Of a stretch of 64,000 nucleotides of DNA, positions 35,050-46,479 are shown in pieces; the stretch's first letter is position 1, and each line of letters opens with the position of its first letter. The notes under the pieces are model-generated. The model saw only the letters and a list, made by a program, of their open reading frames with translations, made no database searches and was not told the origin of the DNA. Location of the stretch: NCBI GenBank assembly GCA_030390025.1, contig CM059432.1, positions 29,080,001 through 29,144,000 on the forward strand, in the 5' to 3' direction. This DNA comes from Squalus acanthias. Taxonomy: Eukaryota. Position numbers and translations under genes: made by a program.

Positions 35050-36565
35050 ACACAAATATCTCCCCTTTAGTGACCGTGAAGTAGGGTTTCAACAGGTGGT
35101 TTGGAGGAAAGCCCCTGTAGAAAAATATCCTTGGACTCTGGATGAGCAATCTTGATCGGCTTATGGCCTTTTTTCCCCTGTGGATTTTCTTATATCCTTA
35201 TAGATTTCAAATTCTTGATTTCCAGCAGTTGCTGAACGGAGGCCAAAAACTTCCCACAGGCACAGAAAAGAAAGAAAGTAAAAGACTAAAAAGGAAAAGC
35301 CTGAATGCGGGAAATCTGGAATAAAAGGAATGAATTACACAGCATTCGTGAAGAGAAAGATACAGCTAACGTCAGAGTATGGTTTCTATAGTTTAAATCG
35401 GGCCCTTTCACTTTCTCTAAGGGTGTTGTGATAGACCTAATAGCACCTAGACAGCAGGAGAAACAGTGCTGAAACTCAGTTCCGATGATGCCCTACAACT
35501 AGGTGGCTCACGAATGGATGTCCAGAAATACACAGCAGCAAATTTGTCAAGGGTCGAATGTCAAAGGGGAATGGAGCGCCTGCAGCAGAAGTTTCCCCTG
35601 GGTTGTTTAATGACTTCATTTATCTACCATTTAGTGTCAGACTATGAAAACGTGGGATAGAACTTTCCAGAGCAGATGAGTAAGCACAATTTTGGATTCA
35701 TGACCTGGACGTATTGCTCGACTGCTTTCTGGGCTTGGGGGAAACAGTTTGATGGGATTTCTGCACACAAAAGGGTGACTTCTGGTTAATTAATTAATTA
35801 ATTAATTGGAAAGAATCCATGACATCGCAAATTGTACTTGCTCTGTTGGAAGGAGCTGACTCTAATACACACTGGCTGTGTTAACTATAATGGAGAAAGG
35901 TGGTGTTGCCTCTGACCAGTTCTATTCCAGAGACGACGGTCGATGATCTGATAGATCAGATAGGTTAATAGGTCCCATGGGGATTCTTGGGCCACCACAG
36001 TGTTCCCTTTCATCTTAGGCCTTTGTCAAATGTGCTGCTTTGTGCTATTAGGAAGCAGGCTATCCCAGCATCTACAATTTTTCTTCCCTCCTCTCCTAAC
36101 TTGCTGCACTACACCTCCACAGCTAACTAGACTCTCGCTGTATCCTTGCCATACAGCCATTCGACATGTGTGAGGATAAACACAGTAAGTGACCCCCGGT
36201 TGAGATTAGCTAATCCAGCAGAGGGCGGGGATCAATTCTCAGACCTTCCTGCCCTGTATGGATTAGTTCCAAACTGGGTAATTCACCAGCCAACTGAGCT
36301 ACTGGGAAGTCAGACTGTGTTGTTGTATGTGGTTTGTGCTATTTATATATAGCCGATCTCCCTTGGCATTACACATCCGGAGTGAATGCTAAATCTTCAG
36401 CTGAAGCAGAGTTAGAAGGTATGGCATAATTCAACCAGGGCATGCAGATGTGATTCAGACCCCATTTTAAAGTCGTACATCGGGCCCTTATTTTCATACT
36501 TTGCTAATTTATAAATAAGTAGTAAAACTTTGTTAACCAGACAAGTAGAGTATGTTGAAGCTTAA

Positions 36566-37325
36566 GGGGTAAAAATTGAGTCGCGCCCCATTTGGGGCGC
36601 TAACCTCGCCGGGGCGCGACTTTTAGCGCCCCGAAAAAATTAGCGGCCCCGCGCCGGAACTTCAGTGGTTGCGCCCCAAGAGGGAAGCGGGGCGCAACTG
36701 GAAGCACCCCGCGTCCCTCTTGGGGCGCTGCGAGTGAATATCCTGGCGTTACGTGCCGCAGCGCCACGCGCTGCGGCACGTCGCGCCGCGGTATTGCAGG
36801 CCTTCCTCCCCTTCTTAAAGGGGAGGGGCCTTGCGCAGCGCGAACCGGGGCCCAGCTGGGCTCCCAGGGATCGGGAGTGCCGGCAAAAGAGCCCGGCACT
36901 CAAGAGAAGTGCCGGGCTCTTGGAGCGCAGCCGGCACTTCACGGTGGGGGGGCTTCACGGGGGCCGGGGACAGCAACGGGGGCAGGTGCTGGCAGGCGGC
37001 CAGCAACAAAAATGGCCGCCTGCCACCTCCCCTTTAAATATCGCCGCCCCGGCCGCACGTACGCCCCCCTGAACCCGTCGGACATAGCGTCTGGCGGTAA
37101 ATCAGGGGGCGCGACTGAAGATCACGGCCGGGGCGCGAGCGGGGCGCTGCGCACGGCGAGGCGGCGCAGCGCCACAGGGCGCTACCGGCTGCCGCCGCCG
37201 CTAACCTCCCACTAAATTTTTCGGGAGGCGTGGGCGGCGCTGCGCCCGGGCGTTAGCTGCTTTACGCCCCATTAGCGCCCATTTAAGGCGCTAACGGGAG
37301 GCGCAAGCAGCTGAATTTTTCCCCC
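36566..37325. mobile_element. GC-rich MITE family B, copy 3
   Basis: Same TIRs as copy 2; TSD TAA; almost identical to 31804-32576. Confidence 0.92.
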
Positions 37326-37412
37326 TAAGAGTTTCTCTGCATGACTGGCTGAGGAGCTGGAAGATGCAAAATAAGGAGCTACAGCACCACCACTGGCCAG
37401 GGGGGTGTAATT

Positions 37413-38590
37413 ATAGAATCATAGAATCATAGAATGGTTACAGCACAGAAGAAGGCCATTTGGCCCATCGAGCCCGTGCTGGATCTCTGCAAGAGCACTT
37501 CAGCTAGTCCCACTCCCCTGTCCTTTCCCCGTAGCCCTGAAATTTTTTTTCCTTCAGGTACTTATCCAATTCCCTTTTGAAAGATGTGATTGAGTCTGCC
37601 TCCACCACCCTTTCAGGCAGTGCATTCCAGATCCTAACCACTCACTGCGTAAAAAAGTTTTTCCTCATATCGCCTTTGGTTCTTCTGCCAATCACCTTAA
37701 ATATGTGTCCTCTGGTTCTCAACCCTTCCGCCAATGGGAAAGTTTCTCTCTATCTACTCTGTCTAGACCCCTCATGATTCTAAATACCTCTATCAAATCT
37801 CCCCTCAACCTACTCTGCTCTAAGGAGAACAAACCCAGCTTCTCCAGTCTATCCATGTTCCTGAAGTCCCTCATCTCTGGAACCATTCTTGCAAATCTTT
37901 CCTGCACCCTCTCGAAGGCCTGCACATCCTTCCTAAAATGTGGTGCCCAGAATTGGACACAATACTCCTGTTGAGGCCGAACCAGTGTTTTATAAAGGTT
38001 CATCATAACTTCCTTGCTTTTGTACTTTATGCCTCTATTTATAAAGCCCAGAATCCCGTATGCTTTTTTAGCTGCTTTCTCAACCTGCCCTGCCACCTTC
38101 AACGATTTGTGCACATATACCCCCAGGTATCTCTGTTCCTGCACCCTCTTTAGAATTGTACCCTTTAGTTTATATTGCCTCTCTTCGTTCTTCCTACCAA
38201 AATGTATCACTTCGCACTTCGCCACGTGTTGGCCCATTCCACCAGCCTGTCTATGTCCTCACTGTTCACTATACTTCCAATTTTTGTGTCATCTGCAAAT
38301 TTTGAAATTGTACCCTGTACTCTCAAGTCCAAGTCATTAATATATATCAAGAAAAGCAGTGGACCTAGTACCAACCCCTGGGGAACACCACTGTATACCT
38401 TCCTTCAGTCCAAAAAGCAACCATTCACCACTACTCTCACTTAGCCAATTTTGTATCCATGCTGCCACTGTCCCTTTTACTCCATGGGCTTCAACTTTGC
38501 TGGCAAGCTTATTATGTGGCAGTTTATCAAACATCTTTTGGAAGTCCATCTACACCACATCAACCGCATTGCCCTCATCAACCCTCGCTA
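37413..38590 (-). mobile_element. CR1 3' part
   Basis: ORFs 37719-38237 and 38337-38549; (ATTCTATG)n tail. Confidence 0.9.
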
Positions 38591-38597
38591 ATTACAG

Positions 38598-40312
38598 TGT
38601 GACAAGTTTGTATAGGCAGGTTCCATTTTCTGTAGGGGGTGGTGGTTTGTGTCAGCTTTACCTCTGACTTCTGAACGGTTCGAATCGCTCCCACTCCCTT
38701 GGTTCTAGACCTTGGACTTATTTGGGGGTTGTGATACAAAAGGTGCAGCAGACAACTGAGTTTGATGAAAGAACTTCAATCTTTATTAAAAGGTAAGACA
38801 CAAATAATAACACTCTTATCACTCTAAAGGTGGGGAACACTTCGGTACAAGCGAGGGAAATGACAGTAGAACAATACTTCACCCCTCCCAACCCCACTTT
38901 ACTAGCTAAGTTAGGTTTTGAAGGACCGGGGATAATGCTCACCAATCCTTTGACAGTTGGGCTAAATCGCGGTTTTGGGGTTCACTGTTTATGGCGGTTA
39001 GTGTCTGCCGTACCCCGTATGCAGTAGAGGATTCACCTGGGTCTCTGGTCAGTCTTCGCGAGTCCGCTGATGCGGTAGGATGTCGTTTTGGATTTATCTG
39101 GTGAGTACCCAATTTCTTTAGTTTAGCAGTAGGGTTTAGAGTCTTTGGGGAAAATCTTACCCAGGGGTAAGTCAGGATTAGTTTGTAGTGTGGAAACTTT
39201 GCGATTCTTCGGGTTTTCTCCCCTTGAGTTGATCTTTGTTGGTCGCGGTGGCCTGCTATTACCCAGTCAGTTGGGGGTAATGCGCGATTGTTGGTATCGT
39301 GAGGCCTTTGGTTTCTGCGATGGCTTTTGGCCTTGTTTTGTGTGTCGGTCGACCTCGTGGAGCCGTCGGTGACTTGTTGCTGCTTGTTGCTCCGGGTGAC
39401 TGTGCTGGGGCCGTTGTTGGAGGTCCGTCGAGGTGGTGTCTTCGCGAGCTGGACTCAGGTGCGTCTGAGTGGTGAGCGATGCCGACTCGCTTCCAGCTCG
39501 AGCCTTCTTCTTCTTGGTCTCTTCTCCTTCTGATGACCACCGGTTGCGACTGACTGCTCGACCCAATGACTTTGAACTGTGCTAACTGTTGCTTGGTGGG
39601 CCTTCAATTATACAGAATTGAAGTGGCCTTATCTACCTGCCAAATCTACTCAGTTCATTGTCTGGTTTTGGCTGGCTCATAAATCGGTAACGACTTACTA
39701 GCACGTTAACTGGGTTTTTAACAGGCTTTCAATCTCACCCATTGAACATGGCCTTATCTACCCGCCAAATCTGCTCAGTTCATTGTCTGATTTTGGCGGG
39801 CCTGTCACCAGTAACTGCTCTGTTTGTGTCTAATGGGTTTTGGGATGGTTTGCATCCTGTCGATCTCCTTGGCTGATCACTGGTGATTGGTTTCGTGTTT
39901 TGGGTTTCTAGGCTGGACTCAGTCTTTTCTATAGACTGGTCCTGAGTGATTTGTATTATGCATGTTTCCTGATGGGCCCTGTAATCGGTTTGATGGGACC
40001 TGTTGTTTTGGGTGGGACTGTCTTCTCCTAGGGTCTATTGTCAAAATGTTAATGCTTGCTGGGGCTTTGAGTGAGGTCATCCCGGTTCCCCAGACATTGC
40101 AATTAACTGCAATAACCAAAACTGCTTTTACAGAGGTTGAGCCCATCTTTTTGTTCCTTTACAGGCCCAGACATAGTTTTAAAATGCCAAAACTTGGTTT
40201 TTGGTCTTACAGTCTCTTAGGTTAGGCCCAAATGCAATATTATTACTCTGAGGTGGTTCCAAAGTCCTTTTTCCTTAGGTTTTGGGGATCTGCAAATTTT
40301 GGTAACCTTACA
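38598..40312 (-). mobile_element. Candidate long solo LTR, about 1.7 kb, ERV-like
   Basis: Minus strand begins TGTAAGG (40312) and ends TTGTCACA (38598); direct repeats of about 53 bp at 39624-39676 and 39749-39801; TATAAT near 39610; AATAAA at 38782-38787. No clean TSD, so the left boundary is uncertain. Confidence 0.6.
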
Positions 40313-40360
40313 ATAAAGGTAGATGTAGGGTTTTATGAGGGAAGTGTGTGTAGACATAAG

Positions 40361-41055
40361 GGGGGAAAAATTTGGTTGCTTTGCGCCTCCTGTTAGCGTC
40401 CTAAGAGGGCACTAACGGGGCACAAAGCAACTAGCGCCTGGGCGCGGCGCCGCCAATGCCACCCGCGAAACTCTGTGGGAGGTTAGTGGCGGTGGTAACC
40501 GTTAGCACCTCACGGCACTGCGCCACCAGCGACGACGTCATCACCGTGCGCAGCGCCCCGCTCGCGCCCCGGCCGCGATCTGTGGTAGCGCCCCCTGACT
40601 TACCGCCGGATGCTATGTCCGACGGGGGTCAGGGGGGCCTATCTGCAGCCGCCTGCCAGCACCTGCACCCGTTGCCGTCCCCGGCCTCCTCTGCAGCCCA
40701 CCCCACGGAGTGCCGGCTGCGTTCCATGAGCCCGGCACTTCTCTTGAGTGCCGGGCTCTTTTGCCGGCACTCCGATCCCTGGTGGCCCAGCTGGGCCCCG
40801 GGTCGCGCTGCGCAAGGCCCCTCCCCTTTAAGAAGGGGAGGAAGGCCTGCAGTACCGCGGCGCGATGTGTCGCGATATTCCCTCGCAGTGCCCCAAGAGG
40901 GAGGCGGGGCGCTTCCAGTAACTTCCAGTAGCGCCCCGCTTCTCTCTTGGGTTGTTACCGATGAATTTCGGCCGCGGGGTCGCTAATTTTTCAGGGCACT
41001 AAAAATAGCTAAAAGAAGTTAGTGCCCCAAAGGGGGCGCGACTCAATTTTTCTCC
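40361..41055. mobile_element. GC-rich MITE family B, copy 4, opposite orientation
   Basis: Reverse-complement homologue of 7711-8421; TIR GGGGGAAAAATT / AATTTTTCTCC; AAG on both flanks. Confidence 0.88.
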
Positions 41056-41577
41056 AAGATTTTTAATACATTACTATATTGATTGCCCTCTGTGTTGCAC
41101 ACAGGGAGCCAAGACCAAGTGTAGTCTTCAGGCAAAGTGGGGTTAGAGGTTAGGGGATAATTGGACCAAGGCATGTATACATAAAGTAATCACACATTCA
41201 GTTCTAATTTTTATATTTCTATTCTAAATTCCTATGTTCACACTTATAATGGAAACTGCATACGTAAACTTGTCACACTGTAATTGTACCCTCCTGCCAG
41301 TGTTGGTGCTATAGTAAAATTTTTAAGACATCATTCCTCATTCTCCTGTGGAGTTGCATATGGTATTGAGGATAATATGATCACCCTCTGATCTCTGATG
41401 TCTTCATGTTGTTGTTTCTCTCTCTCTCTCTCTGCTCTTGTTCTTCTGTCTCTCTTTTCTCTTCTCTTCTGCTTCTATTCACTTACCTCTTCTGCCAATG
41501 AGGAATAGGAGTTAACCAGAGATAGATCTAGAGGTAATGGCACAGGGGACAAGCCCAGCTGGTGATGCTCTGGCTAT

Positions 41578-41790
41578 GATTAGATAGCTAAGCGTGGAAC
41601 CAAGCAAGTGCAGTCCCACTTAGCTGGACAATGGAGGGGAGGCGTTGGAGGAGGATGGTGTGGGCAACTATGAGAAAGGCTGCAGGGAGGTCAAGAAGGA
41701 AGAGGAGAGATAGTGCACCATGGTCACATAGAGGATATCATTTGTGACTTTGATTAGGGCCGTTTCAGTGCTGTGGCAGGGGTGGAAACC
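41578..41790 (-). mobile_element. L2 RT fragment
   Basis: Minus strand GFHPCHSTETALIKVTNDIL...LLDL.AAF...HTILLQRL. Confidence 0.8.
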
Positions 41791-41824
41791 TCCGCACCAT
41801 CACCGAATTGGAATTCCTGCTCCT

Positions 41825-42048
41825 GATTGTGTCCTAGTCAATATTTATCGTTCAATCAACATCACTAAAATAAAAACAGATTATATGGTCATTATCACAT
41901 TGTTGTTTGTGGGGGCTTTCTGCACGCAAATTGGCTGTCGCGTTTCCTACAGTACAACAGTGGCTACACTTTAAAAGTACTTCATTGGCAGTAAAGTGCT
42001 TTGGGATGTCCTGAGGTGTGGAAAGGCACTATGTAAATGCAAGTCTTT
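41825..42048 (+). mobile_element. Deu-type SINE 3' half
   Basis: Aligns to 31335-31545 and 61440-61640; further pieces at 42625-42735, 46258-46345, 53795-53897, 54005-54270 and 57430-57530. Confidence 0.75.
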
Positions 42049-43287
42049 TAGTATTCCTGACAGTGGAACCTCGAGCGCGAAATCTTGACATTATAGCCCT
42101 CAGCAAAAAGAAACGGAGTGAAAGAGACTGCCGTGCATCCTGGGAAATAACAGATAGCTGGAAGTGATTCCCCGACAGTAATCCCACCTCAGGATTTAGA
42201 TGACAGTTATAAACCTCTTCAATTATGATGTCGCCTGAACCCCTCGATGAGATTACTGCCTAGTAATCGGTTATGGATATAAAATTACTCTCTCCTGATA
42301 GACGCTGCCAGCTCTAAAGATGTGATCTTACGCTGTTATATCTGTTCGAGGCAAGTGTTATAAACACAGGGGAATTTAAAAATAGCACATCAACGTGAAA
42401 AATGATCCCCTCGGACCACTATAGGAGCTTAGCTAATGAAATTCATTTTATTGCATTATTTTTTATTCTGTGGCAGCAATTAAACAAATTTAGATTTGAA
42501 TACAAGTCTATTAATAAAAGAAACATCACATTGCCGAGCAAGTAACTTTTTTTTTTAACATCTTTGACCTATTGTGCTGGCTTCTATTTGATTTCTTTTC
42601 CAATCCAGCATCTCCCTCATACAGTCCTACATTACAACAGTGACGACACTTCAAAAAGTACTTTATTGGCTGTAAAGCACTTTGGGATGTCCGGTGGTTG
42701 TGAAAGGCGCTATATAAATGCATCTTTCTTTCTTTACAGCTTCTTGGTCAGGTGCAGAGTAAAGCTTCTGCTGCGCTGTGCTCCAAAAATGGGGAAAGAT
42801 TTCCCCTGCGTGCTTTTTGTAGCAAAATCATAAAGCATCTTTATAAACATGTTTTCAGTCTTGTTGCTCAAAGTACACAAAGAAAATCAAGCCCCCCATG
42901 TGTTTCAATCACAAGCTTCGAAGAACATCCCATACTGCACCAATGTGACATTTTTAGCCTTTCCCAAACTAGCCATCCTTGTTGCACTTCTAAGAAAGGT
43001 GGACAATTTAATGTAAGGCTGTGCCGAATTATGGGTGGTTTTATGCAGTGTTGTCATCAACAACAACATAGAAAAACATCCCAAAGTGCTTCACAGAGGT
43101 GTAGTCCAAAAATGAATGCCAAACCAAAGAAGGAGATAATAGGAAGGATGACCAAAAGCTTGGTCAAAAAGGTGGCTTTTAAGGAGGGCCTTAAAGGATT
43201 TGTATTTGAATTAATCAATACGAACAGCTTCCACTGTCTCTCTAGGGATCCTGTTCCATAGATTGACCATTTGCTCACTGAAATATT

Positions 43288-44352
43288 GGGGAGAATTTTA
43301 ATCCACAAACCCGGGTGGGTTTGATCGGGTGGGATGTTAAAATGTTAAAAATCTCAAATCTGAACTCAACCCACCTCGAACCAGCCCACTTCTGGTTTTA
43401 ACAGAGGCGGGATGGGGTGGGCGAGCAACCCGCTCCCAGAAGGTGGGTCCCTCATTTAAATATGTTAATGAGGCGGTGTGCCTTAGATTTTAGCTCCATT
43501 TTAAATTTAGCCCTGGCCGGTGGGATTCCCGGGCCTTTGGAAACCCGGCAGCTAATGGGAGCACTGCTTGTCAGCCAGGAGGAGCAGGAGTACTTTCCCC
43601 TGGCCCACCAAGCTAACCTGCTCCCCACCAGTGTTCGCGCTAAGCTGCACGGCTGTGTGGTCACCTGGAAGTCCTGCGTAGGCTGCTCACCGGCTTTTCA
43701 ATGGGAGAAATCGTGCATGCGCAAAATTTTGAATGGGCTGTGCAGCCTGTTAAAGGGATCTCGCACCCAAAAATAATTAGGGGGAAAATATTTTTCCCAC
43801 TCTCGCGATCGGCCATTCTCCCCTCCCCACAATCGGATCACCCTCCACCCCCCTCCAAGCCACAATCCCACCGATCCTATCTTTCCGATCCCTCCCTCCC
43901 TCCTCAGCACTCACCAGCTGCAGCTTATGATTTCCCACCGACCTTTCCGATCTCCCCTCCGACCCTTCAGATCTTCTGCCCGACCCTTCCGATCTCCCGC
44001 CTGACCCTTCCAATCTCCCCTCCGACTCTTCTGCTCTCCCGCCCGTCCCTTCTGATCTCCCGCCCGACCCTTCTGATCTCCCCTCCGACCCTTCTGATCT
44101 CCCACTCGATCCATCCGATCTCCCCTCCGACCCTTCTGATCTCCCGCCCGACCCTTCTGATCTCCCACCCAACCCTTCCGATCTTCCACGATCTTTCCGA
44201 TCTCCCACCGACCCTTCTGATCTCCTCCCTGACCCTTCAGATCTCCCACGATCCTTCCGATCTTCCCTCCGGCCCTTTTTCCGGGTTTCCCAAATGCAAA
44301 ACTGTCTGCTCCCCACCCGCTCCCTCCCTGCATCCCCGTAAATATCGGGGCC
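43288..44352. mobile_element. Composite MITE-like region
   Basis: Begins GGGGAGAATTTTAA and ends GTAAATATCGGGGCC, with ATT on both flanks; the ends match poorly, so it may be two fused halves. Confidence 0.45.
43938..44270. repeat. Minisatellite, unit about 21 bp (CCGACCCTTCYGATCTCCCNC), about 16 copies
   Basis: Units read directly from the sequence; explains the 7-residue periodic ORFs on both strands. Confidence 0.92.
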
Positions 44353-45163
44353 ATTGTTTCTGAGGATTAGTTTTGAATTTACCCCCCTTCAAGCGCAGGC
44401 CATTTCCTCTGGTTCTATTCTTCAGGACAAGGCGAAACAGCTTGTCATGGTCTATAGTATCTAGTCCCTTTAGAATCCAAAATCAGCTAACCTCTCAACC
44501 TTCTGTTTTCTAGCTCCACATTGCATCTGTCTACTCTAATCCCATTTCTTTGCTTTTTTTCCTGTAGTCTTTATTATTTTCCTTTTTTAAGTGCTATGGT
44601 TGACTTGGCTTCCAGAGCCACTTGTGGTGATGAATTGCATATTCTAATAATGCTTGGTGCGAAAAGAAATCCTATAATAGCTCCCTTTATCCCTGTGTGT
44701 AGTCCCAGAAGTTCCACAAAGATGGACGAACCCACTGAATTAGATAAAAAATGTCTTACTTAAATTTTCGAAGCATCTATGAAATTAATTGGATCTTTCT
44801 GAAATGAGTGGAGCAAAAAGGTTTGCTGGAAAAGCCCAGGCAATATACCAAGTTCAGAGATTTCAGTCTTATATTACCGTACAAAAAATGCACCTATGAA
44901 AAATGTACAGCTCAAATTTTAATTTCTATGTGTACAAATCTGTAAGACACACTAGGTACTCCAGAGTTAACCAGACTCACATCTAAATACTGCAATAGTT
45001 GTACCTGTAGTCTCTTATTTGTTTGTGGGGACTGGATGATGTTAGGTGTTGACTTTCTACCTCTGAAACCTGCTTTCAAATCCAATTAGCCTAGACTAAT
45101 GGTTTGGAAGTCCCATCTGTTTGTTGACTGTAAGGGTCCTATGTGAAATAAGGTTGGACATTT

Positions 45164-46146
45164 GCAGAAAATACTGGAAATACTCAGCGAGAGAAACAGA
45201 GTTAATGGGCTGGATTTTCTCAGCCCTGAGGAGGCGGGCATGGAGGCGGGACTGCTGGTAAAGTAGCAGAAAGTGGGGGCGGATGGCAAACCCGCCCCCA
45301 TCCCTCCGCCATGCCCTTTTGCCAGGAAGCAGGAAGATGTTTCGGGTCCCGTCTCCTGGAGGCGGGAAAGGCATTAAATACTTTTAACTGCCTGTTAACA
45401 GATAGTTAACAGGCAGAAAAAAGGATTAGTGCCATTTTACCTTCACAGGTGAAGGCTTCCCGACCTCGGAGAACCCCGCCGGGTTGGAGGAGACATGAAG
45501 GAGGTCTGCGGCGGTCGGAGGCACCTGGAAGTAAGACGTAGAGGTGAGTAATGGGTGCAATTGTGGAGTGGTAAGTATGTAAGGTGAGTGATAAGTGTAA
45601 AAAAATGTTCGCTTACCTTGTTTTCTTCCTACAGTCTTCATCCTCTCTGGATCGGGAGACCCGACATCCTCGTTGTCGATTTCACAGACTGGCTGTTGGA
45701 TCCTCCGAACCAACAGCCATCTGAAATCGACAAAGTTGAAAGGTTTGATGAGTCCTGAACACAAGGTCTCATCAAACTACAGAGAATGTCAGTGTTTGAC
45801 AGCTTCACAGAGTCTGATGTTGACGTGCTCTGTCAGTGACTTCCTCCCTAATTGGCCTGCTGAGCCCGCAGGGCGGGCTTAACAAGGTCAATCAGGGGAA
45901 AAGCCCTCTGGTTGGTCAGACGAGGATGGAGGCGGGACATTGACATGACAAGCAGCAGTCCCGCCTCCAACTCGTTTCCATTGAGAAAATCCAGCCCAAT
46001 GTTTCAGGTCTGATGGTTCTGACGAAAGATCATCGGCTTGAAACGTTAACTCTGTTTCGCTCTTCACAGATGCTGCCTGACCTGCTGAGAATTTCCAGCA
46101 TTTTCTGTTTTTATTTCAGATTTCCAGCATCTGCAGTATTTTGCTT
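45164..46146. mobile_element. Short palindromic Penelope-terminal-repeat-like element with a decayed hammerhead core
   Basis: Inverted arms CAGAAAATACTGGAAATACTCAGC / GCTGAGAATTTCCAGCATTTTCTG and GAAACAGAGTTAATGTTTCA / TGAAACGTTAACTCTGTTTC; CTGACGA...GAAAC at 46019-46045; 10-bp TSD TTGGACATTT. Confidence 0.75.
45207..45997. mobile_element. MITE with family C-type ends
   Basis: Perfect TIR GGGCTGGATTTTCTCA / TGAGAAAATCCAGCCC; TSD AAT. Confidence 0.9.
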
Positions 46147-46479
46147 TTGGACATTTTCAATTCAGTTCCGAGTGGGTATGGGTCCACAGCACAAAGCTGA
46201 TCCTATCTTAGCACTAAATTGGCAATTGGCAATCTCATGGAAAGAGGAAAGAAAGAAGAAAGAAAGACTTGCATTTCTATAGCGCCTTTCACGACCACCG
46301 GACATCTCAAAGCACTTTACAGCCAATGAAGTACTTTTTGGAGTTGTAATATGGAGGGAGGCTATAGCATGGCTGATGTGGGATACATTGATGGATGTTC
46401 TGGGGCTCAGGTACCTTGTTGGGGTAGAGTAGAAAGAGCTTCACTCGGCATCCAACTGTGCTGTAAAACAACTTACATT

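Larger units (their letters stand above)
45026..46247 (+). mobile_element. LF-SINE-like ancient SINE split by nested insertions
   Basis: GGGGACTGGATG...CTTTCTACCTCTG...CCTATGTGAAATAAGGTTGG, resuming CAGTTCCGAGTGG...GTCCACAGCACAAA...GCACTAAATTGGCA...GAAAGAGG; colinear with the LF-SINE consensus as recalled. Confidence 0.6.

Noticed and set aside
43938..44270. Regularly spaced repeats as a CRISPR-like array
   Set aside because: Units are directly tandem with no unique spacers, there are no cas genes, and the context is eukaryotic.
43701..44363. 220-aa Pro/Ser-rich ORF and GRSEGS / GDQKGR repeat ORFs that resemble collagen or mucin
   Set aside because: Translations of a 21-bp minisatellite, open in several frames on both strands.
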